DNA of 62,557 nucleotides, the filler included, from Anaerolineae bacterium (GTDB lineage: Bacteria > Chloroflexota > Anaerolineae > Epilineales > Epilineaceae), in NCBI GenBank assembly GCA_029262755.1. It is 5 parts of 5 records of this genome, joined end to end, with 100 filler letters (N's around TTAATTAATTAA, not from the genome) between each part and the next. Parts side by side here need not be neighbours in the genome. Positions count along the whole stretch, not along the records: positions 39,765 to 59,085 come from JAJCYU010000312.1; 4 more parts are not named here. One strand, 5' to 3'. Every line of letters begins with the position of its first letter. Position 1 is the first letter of the stretch. A program made the position numbers and the translations under genes. Below the pieces are notes generated by a model. The model did not search any database. It saw only the letters and a program-made list of their open reading frames with translations, and was not told where the DNA came from. Positions 45,745 to 55,461 of the stretch are shown here, in pieces.

Positions 45745-46140
45745 ATGAAGGGTTTTGTCGACAACATCGAAAGGCTGACCGAAGAGAATGATTTGTTTCG
45801 CAAGGTGCTCTACACTGGTCACAGCCTCCAGCTTGTCCTGATGGCGATCAAGCCAGGTGAGCAGATCGGCGAGGAAGTCCACGACGACCGCGACCAGTTC
45901 TTCCGCATCGAGTCCGGTGCCGGCACGATCTCTATCGACGGCGTCGACCACCGCGTCAAGTCCGACGACGGCATCATCGTGCCGCAGGGTGCGCGGCATA
46001 ACGTCATCGCCACCGGCAGCGAGGTGCTCAAGCTTTATACGATCTACGGCCCGCCCGAGCACATTGACGGCACCGTGCACCAGACCAGCGCCGAGGCCCA
46101 AGCCGCGCACGAGCATTTCGACGGCAGGACCACGGAGTGA
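45745..46140 (+). CDS. Cupin domain protein
   Basis: IGEEVH..DQFFRIESG.G and VPQGARHNV cupin motifs; AAGGA RBS. Confidence 0.9.
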   Translation: MKGFVDNIERLTEENDLFRKVLYTGHSLQLVLMAIKPGEQIGEEVHDDRDQFFRIESGAGTISIDGVDHRVKSDDGIIVPQGARHNVIATGSEVLKLYTIYGPPEHIDGTVHQTSAEAQAAHEHFDGRTTE

Positions 46141-46628
46141 CGCTAGTTGGCCGCTCAGTCGCGAGTCACACGCGCTCATCGTGACCAGTCAAGAAACTCC
46201 GACCAAGTATGGAAGAGATGCAACATTAGAGCCGGGTTCGTATTCATGGCCGGCTTCATGGTGCTCGGCTTCGTGCTGATCTGCCATCGAGACTTTGCGC
46301 CTGGGAAGGAGCAACGCAACGGGGTTCCGCTAACACTAGAACAGAAACCGGTGACAAGGAACCCGTGACGGCAGACCCCGCCGTGCGGAGCCCGATGATC
46401 ACGTTGTGCTGAGGCGTTCCTGCCGCGCGGCGGATTGGCCAGGCTGCGCCCGGCTATCGGGAGCCCCGTTTACGCCCGCTTTCTTGACAACCACCGTTGA
46501 CGTGCATCAAGGGAGCAGGGGTCTGCGGAACCCCCGATCAGTACTGGCGGACGAAGCCTTGACCTGACCGTGGGCGTCGGAACACTACATAGGAGTCACG
46601 TGCGAGGGAATCTTCTTGGAGGATTACC

Positions 46629-47492
46629 ATGCGAGTTGGCATCGGAGAGCTCCATCACAATTCAGGATGGGTTGCGGCGATCTTGTTTGTCACCCTAGCC
46701 ATCCCACAACGCGCTCACGCGCAGGCCGAACTACCGGAGTCCTGCCGCAACGGCGTATCTGCGGACGAGATCGTGCGGTCGGCACGCGCACGTGCGCGCT
46801 TCGATGGCCTCAAGCCAGTCGATGGTGATACCGAGTTGCGCATGACCAAACTGGAAGGACTGACGGCCGAGGAGCATGACCGCCGATATCCTGACGACCG
46901 ACTCATGGGACACTTCCCGCCCGTGGAGCCTGAGAAGTGCTTCTGGCGGGTGGAGCTGGAAGGCGTCGGTGAATGGTGCGGCGGCCGCTTCCCCGGCACT
47001 TGCACTCCCATTTTTAAGATCGACGTGGCGTTTAGAGGGGCGACGGGAAGTGTTGTCTACGAGAGCATTCACTTCGATAAGAAGGAGTACGACTTCCCCC
47101 CGTCCTGCCGCACAGGCGTTTCGAGCGACCGCGTAATTTCCGAGGCGCGTGCAGTGGCCGTGTCCAACGGCCTGCAGCCGCCCTCAGGCATGTCGACTAC
47201 GAGCATTTATGTGCTCGAAGCTCTCACCGCCGAAGAGCATGACCGCCGGTATCCTGAAGACCGTCTCATCGGTCAAGGTCAGGTTGTTGTCGAACCGGAG
47301 GCATGCTTCTGGCGCGTCGAGCTCGCGGGCGTTGGCTGGTTCTTCGGCGAGCCCCCCGGCTCTGGTCCTCGTTTCATGAACCAGATCGACCTCGGAATTA
47401 CTGGAGCGACTGGCGAAGTGAAGTATGACGTCATCCGCTTCTCTGATGATCCTTGGCGAGTCTGGGTGCCATTGGGCCTTAGGAGTTGGTAA
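46629..47492 (+). CDS. Secreted protein with two tandem Cys-containing repeats of about 120 aa and a C-terminal VWVPLGLR tail
   Basis: GGAGG RBS, signal ending AHA, duplicated SCR.GVS ... LTAEEHDRRYP.DRL ... VEPE.CFWRVEL.GVG. Confidence 0.8.
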   Translation: MRVGIGELHHNSGWVAAILFVTLAIPQRAHAQAELPESCRNGVSADEIVRSARARARFDGLKPVDGDTELRMTKLEGLTAEEHDRRYPDDRLMGHFPPVEPEKCFWRVELEGVGEWCGGRFPGTCTPIFKIDVAFRGATGSVVYESIHFDKKEYDFPPSCRTGVSSDRVISEARAVAVSNGLQPPSGMSTTSIYVLEALTAEEHDRRYPEDRLIGQGQVVVEPEACFWRVELAGVGWFFGEPPGSGPRFMNQIDLGITGATGEVKYDVIRFSDDPWRVWVPLGLRSW

Positions 47493-47972
47493 GCAGCGTT
47501 TCGCGTCGCAGTACCGCGATTACACGACAAGGCGCCCCCGCTCAACGACAATAAGAAACCCGCACCGTATTGCCTCACCAGAGAATGTCACCCTGGAGGG
47601 ACCCGTTGCCGCATAGGGGATCAGACCGAGCGTCGCGCTAAGAACCACGTTCCTCGACCTCCGTGTCCGGACTGGCGAGTTGGTTGCCACTGTCGGTGTC
47701 GGTGTCCGTGATTGCGACGGCCCTGAGCACCACCGAGTGTCCCCCGGTCTGCGGGGCGTCGTTCGCCAACCATGTCTCGTCGCCCGTCAGGATCATCTCC
47801 TCGTGCCACTCACTGAGCCGGCGCTGACGTGTTCGTAGCTGGCCGTCGACGAAGTCACCCGGATGACTGAATGAATCCCCAGGTGCAAGGACTTGGCGGT
47901 GACAGTCGGATCGGCCCGTTGGATCCTTCGACGTCGACTCATCCATCGCCAAAGCCGCGACCGGTAGCCGCG

Positions 47973-48040
47973 CACCCTCCCGACACCCGTATATCCGCCC
48001 TGAACGCCAAACTATGGTCTCCGAAGTGTCCGGCTGCGGG
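47973..48040. repeat. 68-bp direct repeat, copy 2
   Basis: Matches 45223-45290, offset by 2750 bp. Confidence 0.92.
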
Positions 48041-48079
48041 CTCAGCGAGCACTGAACCGCTCCGGATGCCATGGCCGGG

Positions 48080-50260
48080 CTAGCGTCGCAACAAAGGCAG
48101 CGCCAAACGACCGCCCGTGGGCTGCGCCCCCGGCCACCCCGCTAGCCGTTGGACGCTTCTGTCCTCGAGATCCGCGACGTAGACCACGTCCTCGGCGTCG
48201 ACTGCAACGTCGCTTGGGGCACCGAGCTGCGCGACGCTTCCGCCCAGATCCCACGTGGCCCACGACGTCCCGGTCGCATCCACCGCGTGTAGGCGCCGAT
48301 CGACGGTGACCACGATCCAACCGCCGGCCGGTCGGGCTGCGATACGCAGAGGCAGCGCCTCGAAGCGGAGGTCGACTTCCGCGGTCATGGCGCCCGAGGT
48401 GGGGTCGAGGACGGCGAGCCGGCGCGCGCCGGCATGCAGGGCAACAACGCCTTCCTCCCCGATCGCAAGGTCCACCCAGCCGGGAACCCCGCTCCACGAA
48501 GGCAGCGGCCAGTTCGATTGCCGTGCACCATCGTCCAGCGCAGCCCGTAGCACCACACCCTGCGCGGCGTCCAAGGCTACGACCTGTCCGGTGTCCGTAT
48601 CGGGCTCGACGGCCACGAGCACGCCGAAATCGGTCCGCGTGATCGGCGCCTGCACCTCCATACGCCAGCGCCGCGCACTTGGGACGATGCCGGAGGGGTC
48701 CTCCGCTGGCCCGACGCGCTCGAGACGGACCACGCGCATGCCGGGCCGTGGCACGTCGGGGTCGGCCGGGTCGTCGTAGGTGTCGGAGGCTCGTACGCGC
48801 GACAGCACTAGATCACCGCTGGCGTCCCCAACATGAGTCGCCCCAACCAAACCGTTCCAGCGCGCCTGAGCGGCCGCGTGGACGCGTGCTTCGCTCGGAT
48901 TCGGAGCCGCCCCCCACGCGTCCGTGTTCCACACGAGCAGGCGCTCCAGGATGTCGACCACGAGCAGCCGGCCGGCGGGACGCGCATCGAGGCGCAACGG
49001 TCCGGGCGTCCACGCACCGTCGGGCAGTGGCAGCGCAACCTGCGACGTTACCTGCCCACTGCGCGTATCCACGGTGGCCACTCGTGCGGGGCCGAGCTCG
49101 TTGGCCTGAAACAACGCGTGCGCGACACCCGGATCTCCGCCGGCCAACGCAACGACACCGCGCCCCAGCGGCGTTCTGGACCGCGCTTCACCGCTGTCGC
49201 GGTCCAAACCGACCACCATCGCATGCTCGGTTCCGTCCAACAAGAGCATTTCACCGGCCGCGTCGAAGCTCACGTCGCGCATGCGCCAGCGCACAAGGGT
49301 GCGTGGACGCAGCGTCTCGCCGTCCGCGCGGAACTCGTAGAGGACGTTGGGCTGGTTGGGTATCGGGTGTTCCGCCGCAAAGAACAGCGTAGCGCGTGGC
49401 GAGGTGGCAAGGCCGGAAGGAAGTTCGGCGATATTCGAGATGGCGCGCTGGACGGGAACGACAGCGTCCGGCTCCCCGTCCGCCGTGTGCGCCACGAGGG
49501 CGCTGCGCCCACGGTCGTAGGCATAGACCCGTCCGTCGGGTAGCAACGTCAACGCTTCAGGCTGCTGCAAACCCTCCGTCAAGGTTGATTGGTGCATGCC
49601 ATCCAGGTCATACGCGACGATGCGTTGATTGCGCGTATCCGCCAAATAAACGCGCTCCCGAACGGCGTCCACTGCGATCCCAAGCGGTCCATCGAGATCG
49701 GTCGCGTCGGCTCCAGGTCCACCCCCAAACACGACGTTGGTGATGCCCTTTGACGTCAGGGACTGCGCGCGATGCAACTGCACGTCGAGCACGAGCCAGC
49801 CGCCATCGGGATGGACCGCCAAATCGACCGGTTCCACAACCCCGCCCGGTCCCGGATCGCGCGCGGAGCGCCAGATCCGTTGATCGACCTGTTGCACAGA
49901 GAGTGCCGCAGCTTGGATGCCACGCACGGCTGTCGTGCCGCCCGCTCTGTCCCCCGCTTGAAAGGCGACTGCGGAAAGTACTTCTCGACTCGGGTAGGCC
50001 GAGGCGCTCGTAAGCCCGGACCACGCTGGCCGTCGCGGCACCGCTGCTACGGCCACGGCCAACCCCATCCCAAACCCAACCCCAACCCCAACCCACAGCA
50101 GCAGGAGGCAGAAGCGGTTGCGCGTTCGCGGAAGCTTGGACGTGCACACGTGGTGATCGTCGCCGCGCCGCGGATTCGTACCGACGCTCGATCCACTTCC
50201 CTGCGGATGCAGACGGCTCTTGCACGTCATGTTGGTCTCCGCGTTGGCGCTACGTTCCAT
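48080..50260 (-). CDS. Secreted NHL-repeat beta-propeller protein with C-terminal LALPLLRR tail
   Basis: GAGGAGG RBS before MERSA; PLGIAVD...VYLADTRNQRI and PSDVAVDAEDVVYVAD repeats. Confidence 0.8.
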   Translation of the reverse strand: MERSANAETNMTCKSRLHPQGSGSSVGTNPRRGDDHHVCTSKLPRTRNRFCLLLLWVGVGVGFGMGLAVAVAAVPRRPAWSGLTSASAYPSREVLSAVAFQAGDRAGGTTAVRGIQAAALSVQQVDQRIWRSARDPGPGGVVEPVDLAVHPDGGWLVLDVQLHRAQSLTSKGITNVVFGGGPGADATDLDGPLGIAVDAVRERVYLADTRNQRIVAYDLDGMHQSTLTEGLQQPEALTLLPDGRVYAYDRGRSALVAHTADGEPDAVVPVQRAISNIAELPSGLATSPRATLFFAAEHPIPNQPNVLYEFRADGETLRPRTLVRWRMRDVSFDAAGEMLLLDGTEHAMVVGLDRDSGEARSRTPLGRGVVALAGGDPGVAHALFQANELGPARVATVDTRSGQVTSQVALPLPDGAWTPGPLRLDARPAGRLLVVDILERLLVWNTDAWGAAPNPSEARVHAAAQARWNGLVGATHVGDASGDLVLSRVRASDTYDDPADPDVPRPGMRVVRLERVGPAEDPSGIVPSARRWRMEVQAPITRTDFGVLVAVEPDTDTGQVVALDAAQGVVLRAALDDGARQSNWPLPSWSGVPGWVDLAIGEEGVVALHAGARRLAVLDPTSGAMTAEVDLRFEALPLRIAARPAGGWIVVTVDRRLHAVDATGTSWATWDLGGSVAQLGAPSDVAVDAEDVVYVADLEDRSVQRLAGWPGAQPTGGRLALPLLRR

Positions 50261-50286
50261 GTCCAAAGGCCTCCTCGATGGGTCGC

Positions 50287-51240
50287 CTACCCGGCGGCGA
50301 GATCGAGGGACGCGGCGAGCCGTGACCCCGCATCGGCGCTCATCGCAACCAGCGGTGCCCTTGGCGGCCCGATCGGTTGGCCACGAGCAGCCCAAAGTGC
50401 CTTGACGCCGGCCACGGTCGGTACCTGGTCCAACTCCTGGCGCGCTGCCTTCAGACGCGTTGCCGCGCGATCCATGTCCGCGCCGGCCGCGTGCGCCTCC
50501 CACACCGCGAGGACGAGATCCGGCCGCACGGCGGTCAGCGCCGTGATCGAGCCGGCGCCGCCCTCGGCGAGTACCTGGGCGACCAAGCCGTCGTGGCCGG
50601 TGAGGACCATGCCCGCCGGCAACGCAGCGCACAGCGCCTGTGCGTGCTCCGCGTCGCCCCGGGAGTCCTTGATACCGATGACGCGACGCGGGAATTGCCG
50701 CTGGAGTGCTTGGGCGACATCGATGGGGATCGGCACACCGGTGAGCCTGGGAATGTCGTAGAGCATCAGGCCTTGGCCCGGCCCTACCGCGGCTTCGATC
50801 AATTGGGCATACCAGGATTCGATGCCGGCGCCCGCTACGCCAGGAAAGTAGAACGGTGGCTGCACGACTGCCACATCCGCACCCGCTGCGAGGCAGGCGC
50901 GGGTAGCGCCAATCGCATCCGGTAACGCCGCTGCGCCGCTGCCGGCCAGTAGCGCGAAGGGTGCTGTGCTCGGCGGACGGGCGTTTCGCCACCGGACAGC
51001 GGTGGCGATCAGCTGGGTGCGCTCCTCCACGCTCAGGGACGGGCCCTCGCCCGTTGAGCCGGCCAGCAGGACGCCGTGACACCCGGATGCCGCAAGGGAA
51101 TCGAGCATTCGCGGAAGCGCGGCGAAGTCGAGCTTGCCCGCGTCGTCCATCGGCGTCGGCGCCGCGGCCAACACACCGCGTGGTGCGTGGAGGACGTCAG
51201 CGTGGGTGGGAGTCTCGGTGCCGCCTGGCCGTATCGTCAC
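50287..51240 (-). CDS. Dihydrodipicolinate synthase (DapA/NanA)-family aldolase
   Basis: PTPMD, GSTGEG, PPFYF, LYDIP, GIKDS (Schiff-base Lys); GTGA overlap with the upstream cytochrome gene. Confidence 0.88.
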   Translation of the reverse strand: MTIRPGGTETPTHADVLHAPRGVLAAAPTPMDDAGKLDFAALPRMLDSLAASGCHGVLLAGSTGEGPSLSVEERTQLIATAVRWRNARPPSTAPFALLAGSGAAALPDAIGATRACLAAGADVAVVQPPFYFPGVAGAGIESWYAQLIEAAVGPGQGLMLYDIPRLTGVPIPIDVAQALQRQFPRRVIGIKDSRGDAEHAQALCAALPAGMVLTGHDGLVAQVLAEGGAGSITALTAVRPDLVLAVWEAHAAGADMDRAATRLKAARQELDQVPTVAGVKALWAARGQPIGPPRAPLVAMSADAGSRLAASLDLAAG

Positions 51241-52109
51241 CCCTCGCCCGCTTCGTCGGCCCCACTCGCCGCGTCGCTGTCCGCTCCGGTCGCGCCGTCC
51301 TCGTCGAGCGCACCAAGCGAGCGTACGAACGCGACCACGTCCTCGAGCTCGTCGGGCTCGAGGCGGAAGCCCGGCATACCGCCCTCCGGCCGACCCAATT
51401 CGATCGAGCGTCGGATGAAGTCGTCGCTCGCGTGGCGTTGGAAGGTCTCTCCGGCCAGGCGCGGCGCTCCTTCGGCCCATCCGTCGTCCCCGTGGCATGC
51501 GGCGCATTCTCGGTCCCACACCGTACGACCGGCCTCGATGTCCCCCGCGGAGCGCCAGGTCGGGTCGAGGAACACCTTCTCCTCCGTGCGCCATTGGGCG
51601 ACATAGTCCACGATCTGTCCGATCTGGTCGTCGGTCAACGGCCCCCCTTCGGAGGATGCATACGCGCTCATCTTGACGCCGGGGTGAGGTCGGCCATTGG
51701 CGCCCGGTCGGCCCTCCGCGATGCTGGCTCGCAAGAATTCGTCGTCCGCCACGCGCAAGAGCGCCTGGGAGTTCAAGTTCGGCGCATCGTTGTTGGCCAC
51801 GGTGAGGCCGTCGACGCCATGGCAGGCAGCGCAGTAGCGAACGTACATCGCCGCGCTATCTTCGTCGCCGCCGTCGCCGTTCTTGGACCGACCGTCGCCG
51901 GCCGCATTTGGATCGCAAGCCGTGAGCCCGAGAAGAAGCACGAGCGCACTCCAAGCCGCGGTCGAGGCCTTGAGCCCGTTCCAGTGCCCGCGCGAGATCC
52001 CCGAGCCTTGGACTTCCAAGCGGCGGAGTTCGAAGCGGCGGAATACGAAGTATCGAGTTCCATCTCGACCGAATCGCCGAGGCCACCCGAAGCGGTACGC
52101 ACTCTTCAT
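51237..52109 (-). CDS. Di-haem c-type cytochrome lipoprotein (start uncertain)
   Basis: LLGLTAC lipobox; two CAACHG motifs, each with a distal Met (KMSAY, GMPGF). Confidence 0.88.
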   Translation of the reverse strand: MKSAYRFGWPRRFGRDGTRYFVFRRFELRRLEVQGSGISRGHWNGLKASTAAWSALVLLLGLTACDPNAAGDGRSKNGDGGDEDSAAMYVRYCAACHGVDGLTVANNDAPNLNSQALLRVADDEFLRASIAEGRPGANGRPHPGVKMSAYASSEGGPLTDDQIGQIVDYVAQWRTEEKVFLDPTWRSAGDIEAGRTVWDRECAACHGDDGWAEGAPRLAGETFQRHASDDFIRRSIELGRPEGGMPGFRLEPDELEDVVAFVRSLGALDEDGATGADSDAASGADEAGEG

Positions 52110-52408
52110 CACGAACTCCTCGCCGTCCTCGGCGGAATTGCTGCAGTTTGCGGACAGTTCCAAGGGGCTGTCGCATCTGCGTTGGGGCTCGTCCGTCAAC
52201 AATCTCACCCGTTCGGCCGTCGCAGCATCCGCTGTGCCGGCCCGCTGTTCCTCAGCAATAGCGCTGCCGTTCCTTCGCCTCAGCGAACCAGCACAGCGGC
52301 GCAGCAACGCCCTCGGTTGGCGACCTTGCTAAGGGACGAGCCCGTACATCGTGGCACCGGCTCCGTGGGCCGGCAAGCGCTTAAGCCATCGGTCGATCGT
52401 ATCATCCG

Positions 52409-53953
52409 CTACGGAGAATCAGCGCGCACCGAGCCTACAACCCGCAGTACCGCGCCACCTGCGTCGTCCAGGACGTACAGTTCGCCTTCATCGTCCTCCA
52501 CAAAACTGGCGATGCTGCGACCCGTGTCCGCGACCACCGCCGTGCGCCACGGCCCGTCGGGCTGCCCGGCTTGCTCCGGCGCGGCTGCCCAGACGCGACC
52601 GGTACAGTAATCCGCGAAGAACAGCAGCCCCCACAAGGCCGGCTGCGCCGCGCCCCGGTATACGGTTCCGCCGGTGACGGAGCAACCGTTCCCTCCCCCG
52701 TGGTCGTAGCGCAGGATCGGTCTCGTCGTGGCGCCGCGCGGATCGCAATCTTGCCCCGGCTCGAAGCAGGTATCGGCTTCCAGCAACCGCCAGCCGTAGT
52801 TGCGACCTCCGGGATCGCCCACGGGCTCCCGATTGATCTCTTCCCAAACGTTCTGGCCCACGTCGCCGATGTAGAGGTCGCCGGTGGCTCGGTCGAAGTG
52901 GTAGCGCCACGGGTTGCGGAGACCGGCAGCCCAAATCTCCGCCGCCACACCGACCATGCCCACGAAGGGATTGTCGGGCGGAACTCGGTAGCGGTTGTTC
53001 GGCGTGAGCGCGCCCGGGTCCCCGTCGGACGCAGCGCCTGCAGCTAGGATCTCTTCGCGACCCACATCAATGCGAAGCATCTTGCCGAGCAAGCTGGATG
53101 GATCCTGGGCGTTGTTCCACGGGTCGCCCGCGCGACCGCCATCGCCGGTACCAATCCACAAATACCCTTCTGGACCGAAGGCGACGTGCCCGCCGTTGTG
53201 ATTGCTTGCCGGCTGCTCGACACGCAGCCACGTGACTTGCGCCTCCGGCGCGGCATCGGCGCGGGTAGTCGCCAGATCGGCGCGCAGTTCTGCGATGACC
53301 GTCGCCCCCGCCTCGTCGCTGTAGCTGATGACCACGCGACCGTTGGTGGCGTACTCAGGGTGAGCCGCAACCCCGAGCAAGCCTTGCTCGCTCGCCGTAT
53401 CGCGCACCCGTCCCGAGAGATCCGCGAAGACGGGGGCGCTATCGGTTGGGCGCAAACCCAACGGGACCACACGCAGAACACCGGCCTTCTCGGCCACGAG
53501 CAGGCGTCCGCTGCCATCGTGTAGCGAGCTGGCGGCGATCGGACGCTGCAGTCCGGTTGCAACGGGCTCCAACCTAACCTGCACGGCATCGGGCGCATGG
53601 CGTGCAACCAGCGCCGCAGCATCCGCGGTGCTCCTCTCCGCGTCGGCGGGCTCATCTACCTGCCGGGCAGCGGCGTCCGGGGCCAAGGTTGCCGCGCTGC
53701 CGGGCGCATTCGCATCTGGGGTTGGCTGCTGCGCAGGCGCGCCTTCATCGACGATCGACGTGCGTTCGGCCGACTCTTCGTTGTCCTGGACCGACACGGG
53801 CGATGGCATGAGGGCGGGCGCAGTGTCCGACTTGCTAGTGCGCGAACCCTCCGGGCCGCAGCCGGCGACCAGTGCCAGCACGAGCGCGGCAGCGACCGAG
53901 AATCGCCCAACGCCGATAGGCGTGCGCGAAACGAAGGTACATTGAGCAGGCAT
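52409..53953 (-). CDS. PQQ-dependent sugar dehydrogenase (GSDH/YliI-like) lipoprotein
   Basis: LVAGC lipobox, EQGLLG, NHNGG, GDGG, LLGKMLRID, GLRNPWR, DVGQN.WEE, NYGW, SVTGG, FADYC. Confidence 0.92.
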   Translation of the reverse strand: MPAQCTFVSRTPIGVGRFSVAAALVLALVAGCGPEGSRTSKSDTAPALMPSPVSVQDNEESAERTSIVDEGAPAQQPTPDANAPGSAATLAPDAAARQVDEPADAERSTADAAALVARHAPDAVQVRLEPVATGLQRPIAASSLHDGSGRLLVAEKAGVLRVVPLGLRPTDSAPVFADLSGRVRDTASEQGLLGVAAHPEYATNGRVVISYSDEAGATVIAELRADLATTRADAAPEAQVTWLRVEQPASNHNGGHVAFGPEGYLWIGTGDGGRAGDPWNNAQDPSSLLGKMLRIDVGREEILAAGAASDGDPGALTPNNRYRVPPDNPFVGMVGVAAEIWAAGLRNPWRYHFDRATGDLYIGDVGQNVWEEINREPVGDPGGRNYGWRLLEADTCFEPGQDCDPRGATTRPILRYDHGGGNGCSVTGGTVYRGAAQPALWGLLFFADYCTGRVWAAAPEQAGQPDGPWRTAVVADTGRSIASFVEDDEGELYVLDDAGGAVLRVVGSVRADSP

Positions 53954-54037
53954 TACACGACTCCGTGCGAGAGGGTCAGGCGCGGCCGATCATTCTAGCG
54001 TCCGGTGCTACCGTGAAGGCCGCAGCGTTCGCATTCC

Positions 54038-54066
54038 TTGTTCCGGCCCGCGCCGAATCCTAGAAT
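54038..54066 (+). promoter_or_regulatory. Sigma70-like promoter TTGTTC - 17 bp - TAGAAT
   Basis: Canonical spacing; a second TAGAAT on the minus strand at 53992-53997 faces the GSDH gene. Confidence 0.55.
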
Positions 54067-54079
54067 GCCGTCGCGCCAC

Positions 54080-54143
54080 GCAACACCGTGCAGCGACATC
54101 GTGCACTGACAACGCGCAGCAACATCGTGCAGCGACCCGTGCG
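54080..54143 (+). repeat. 13-bp degenerate tandem repeat x5 in a 5' leader
   Basis: GCAACACCGTGCA GCGACATCGTGCA CTGACAACGCGCA GCAACATCGTGCA GCGACCCGTGCG. Confidence 0.7.
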
Positions 54144-54165
54144 CGCGATCGATCGGAGCCCCGCC

Positions 54166-55461
54166 ATGTTCGCAACCGCCCGGCAGGACCGTAGCCCCGA
54201 CCCTCGACACCGGGTCCTGGGGCCATGGGCCCTAGGCATGGTGGTGTTGCCGGCGCTCTTCGCACACTCTCTCACCATGCCCCGTGAATCCAGCGCCCGC
54301 CTCAGCCGGCAGGATCCGGAAGCGGCGGCCTACCAATGGCTGCGCCTCGGCGCCGGCCCGGCCCTGGCGGGCCATGCAGCGGCGCTCGTGCCGGGCGATG
54401 ATGCGACGCGGCGCTGGATTAGCCTCGGCGGCACGGGGGAATTCGGCGCCAGTGATCGCAGCTACGTGCTCGAGCTGGATGGCAGCGGGGAGGCGACCTG
54501 GTCGCAATTCGCAGCGTCGGACAGCCCGCGGTCTGGAGCCGGCGGAGCGGTGGGAGCCGGAGCGCGATTGGCTGTGGATCCAGGAGAAGGCGTGGCCTAC
54601 GCCCGATGCAACTGCGCCCCTCCGGGCGCCTGGTTGCTCGACGTTGGCGCTGCCGCTTGGTCCGGCGTCCGCGGCAACCCGCAGGCGCCGCTCGTCGGGA
54701 GCCTGCTGACCTACGACACGGGGCGTGACCGCGCCCTGACCGTCGGCGGCGACCTGCTCGGGCTCGGAAGCCTTGTGTCGCATACGGTCGCTTACGATTT
54801 GTCGGATACGCGCGCAGGCAGCACAAACCTGCCCCCCGCGCCGTTCGCGTTGATCTACCAGGCTGCGGATGTCGATCCGCGCAGCGGCCATTGGCTTGCG
54901 TTCGGTGGCCAGGATGCCGATGGCGTGACTCAAGGGGCGCTGTGGCGAGCGTCCCTAGACGCTCTGGACCAGCCCGGCGCGTGGTCGATCGCGAGCGCAC
55001 CGGCCGGCGCGCTCGCGCCGCCCGCTCGGGCCGGTGCAACGCTGACGTTTCTGGGCGACCACGGATTCGCCGTTCTGTTTGGTGGCTACCGGCCAGGGGA
55101 AGGCGAGCTTAGCGATGCATGGCTCCTGGACTATCGAAGGCCGAACGCGCCGTATTGGACCCGCTTGAACGTGCAGCTCGGGCCGGACGGCGCTCCGGAT
55201 GCTCGCTCGGGCCACGTGGCCGCGTGGGATGCCGTCGGCGACCGCCTCTTAGTGCACGGTGGCCTGCTCACGACCGGAGACACGCCGCGCTACTTCGGCG
55301 ACACATGGGCGCTGGTTGCGTCGGGGATCGGCACACCGCCGACGACGGCGACGACGACGACGTCCCCGCAAGGGACGGCAACGGTCGACGGCCCCCTGCT
55401 CACCGCGACGCCGGAGCCCGGCCACGGCGACGTCTATCTCCCTTCGCTGCGCCGGCCATGA
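54166..55461 (+). CDS. Secreted Kelch-like beta-propeller protein with PT linker and VYLPSLRRP tail
   Basis: Repeated LFGG/HGG...D.W motifs, PPARAGA, ARSGHVA; hydrophobic N-terminus. Confidence 0.8.
   Translation: MFATARQDRSPDPRHRVLGPWALGMVVLPALFAHSLTMPRESSARLSRQDPEAAAYQWLRLGAGPALAGHAAALVPGDDATRRWISLGGTGEFGASDRSYVLELDGSGEATWSQFAASDSPRSGAGGAVGAGARLAVDPGEGVAYARCNCAPPGAWLLDVGAAAWSGVRGNPQAPLVGSLLTYDTGRDRALTVGGDLLGLGSLVSHTVAYDLSDTRAGSTNLPPAPFALIYQAADVDPRSGHWLAFGGQDADGVTQGALWRASLDALDQPGAWSIASAPAGALAPPARAGATLTFLGDHGFAVLFGGYRPGEGELSDAWLLDYRRPNAPYWTRLNVQLGPDGAPDARSGHVAAWDAVGDRLLVHGGLLTTGDTPRYFGDTWALVASGIGTPPTTATTTTSPQGTATVDGPLLTATPEPGHGDVYLPSLRRP

Noticed and set aside
45223..48040. 68-bp repeats as integron attC sites or tRNA-derived att sites
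   Set aside because: No paired RYYYAAC...GTTRRRY ends with a long internal palindrome, no cloverleaf or CCA end, and no integrase seen.
50261..51082. N-terminal 274 aa of the 1000-aa ORF 48080-51082
   Set aside because: Overlaps the DapA-family gene in another frame; the real start is near 50260, with a strong RBS.
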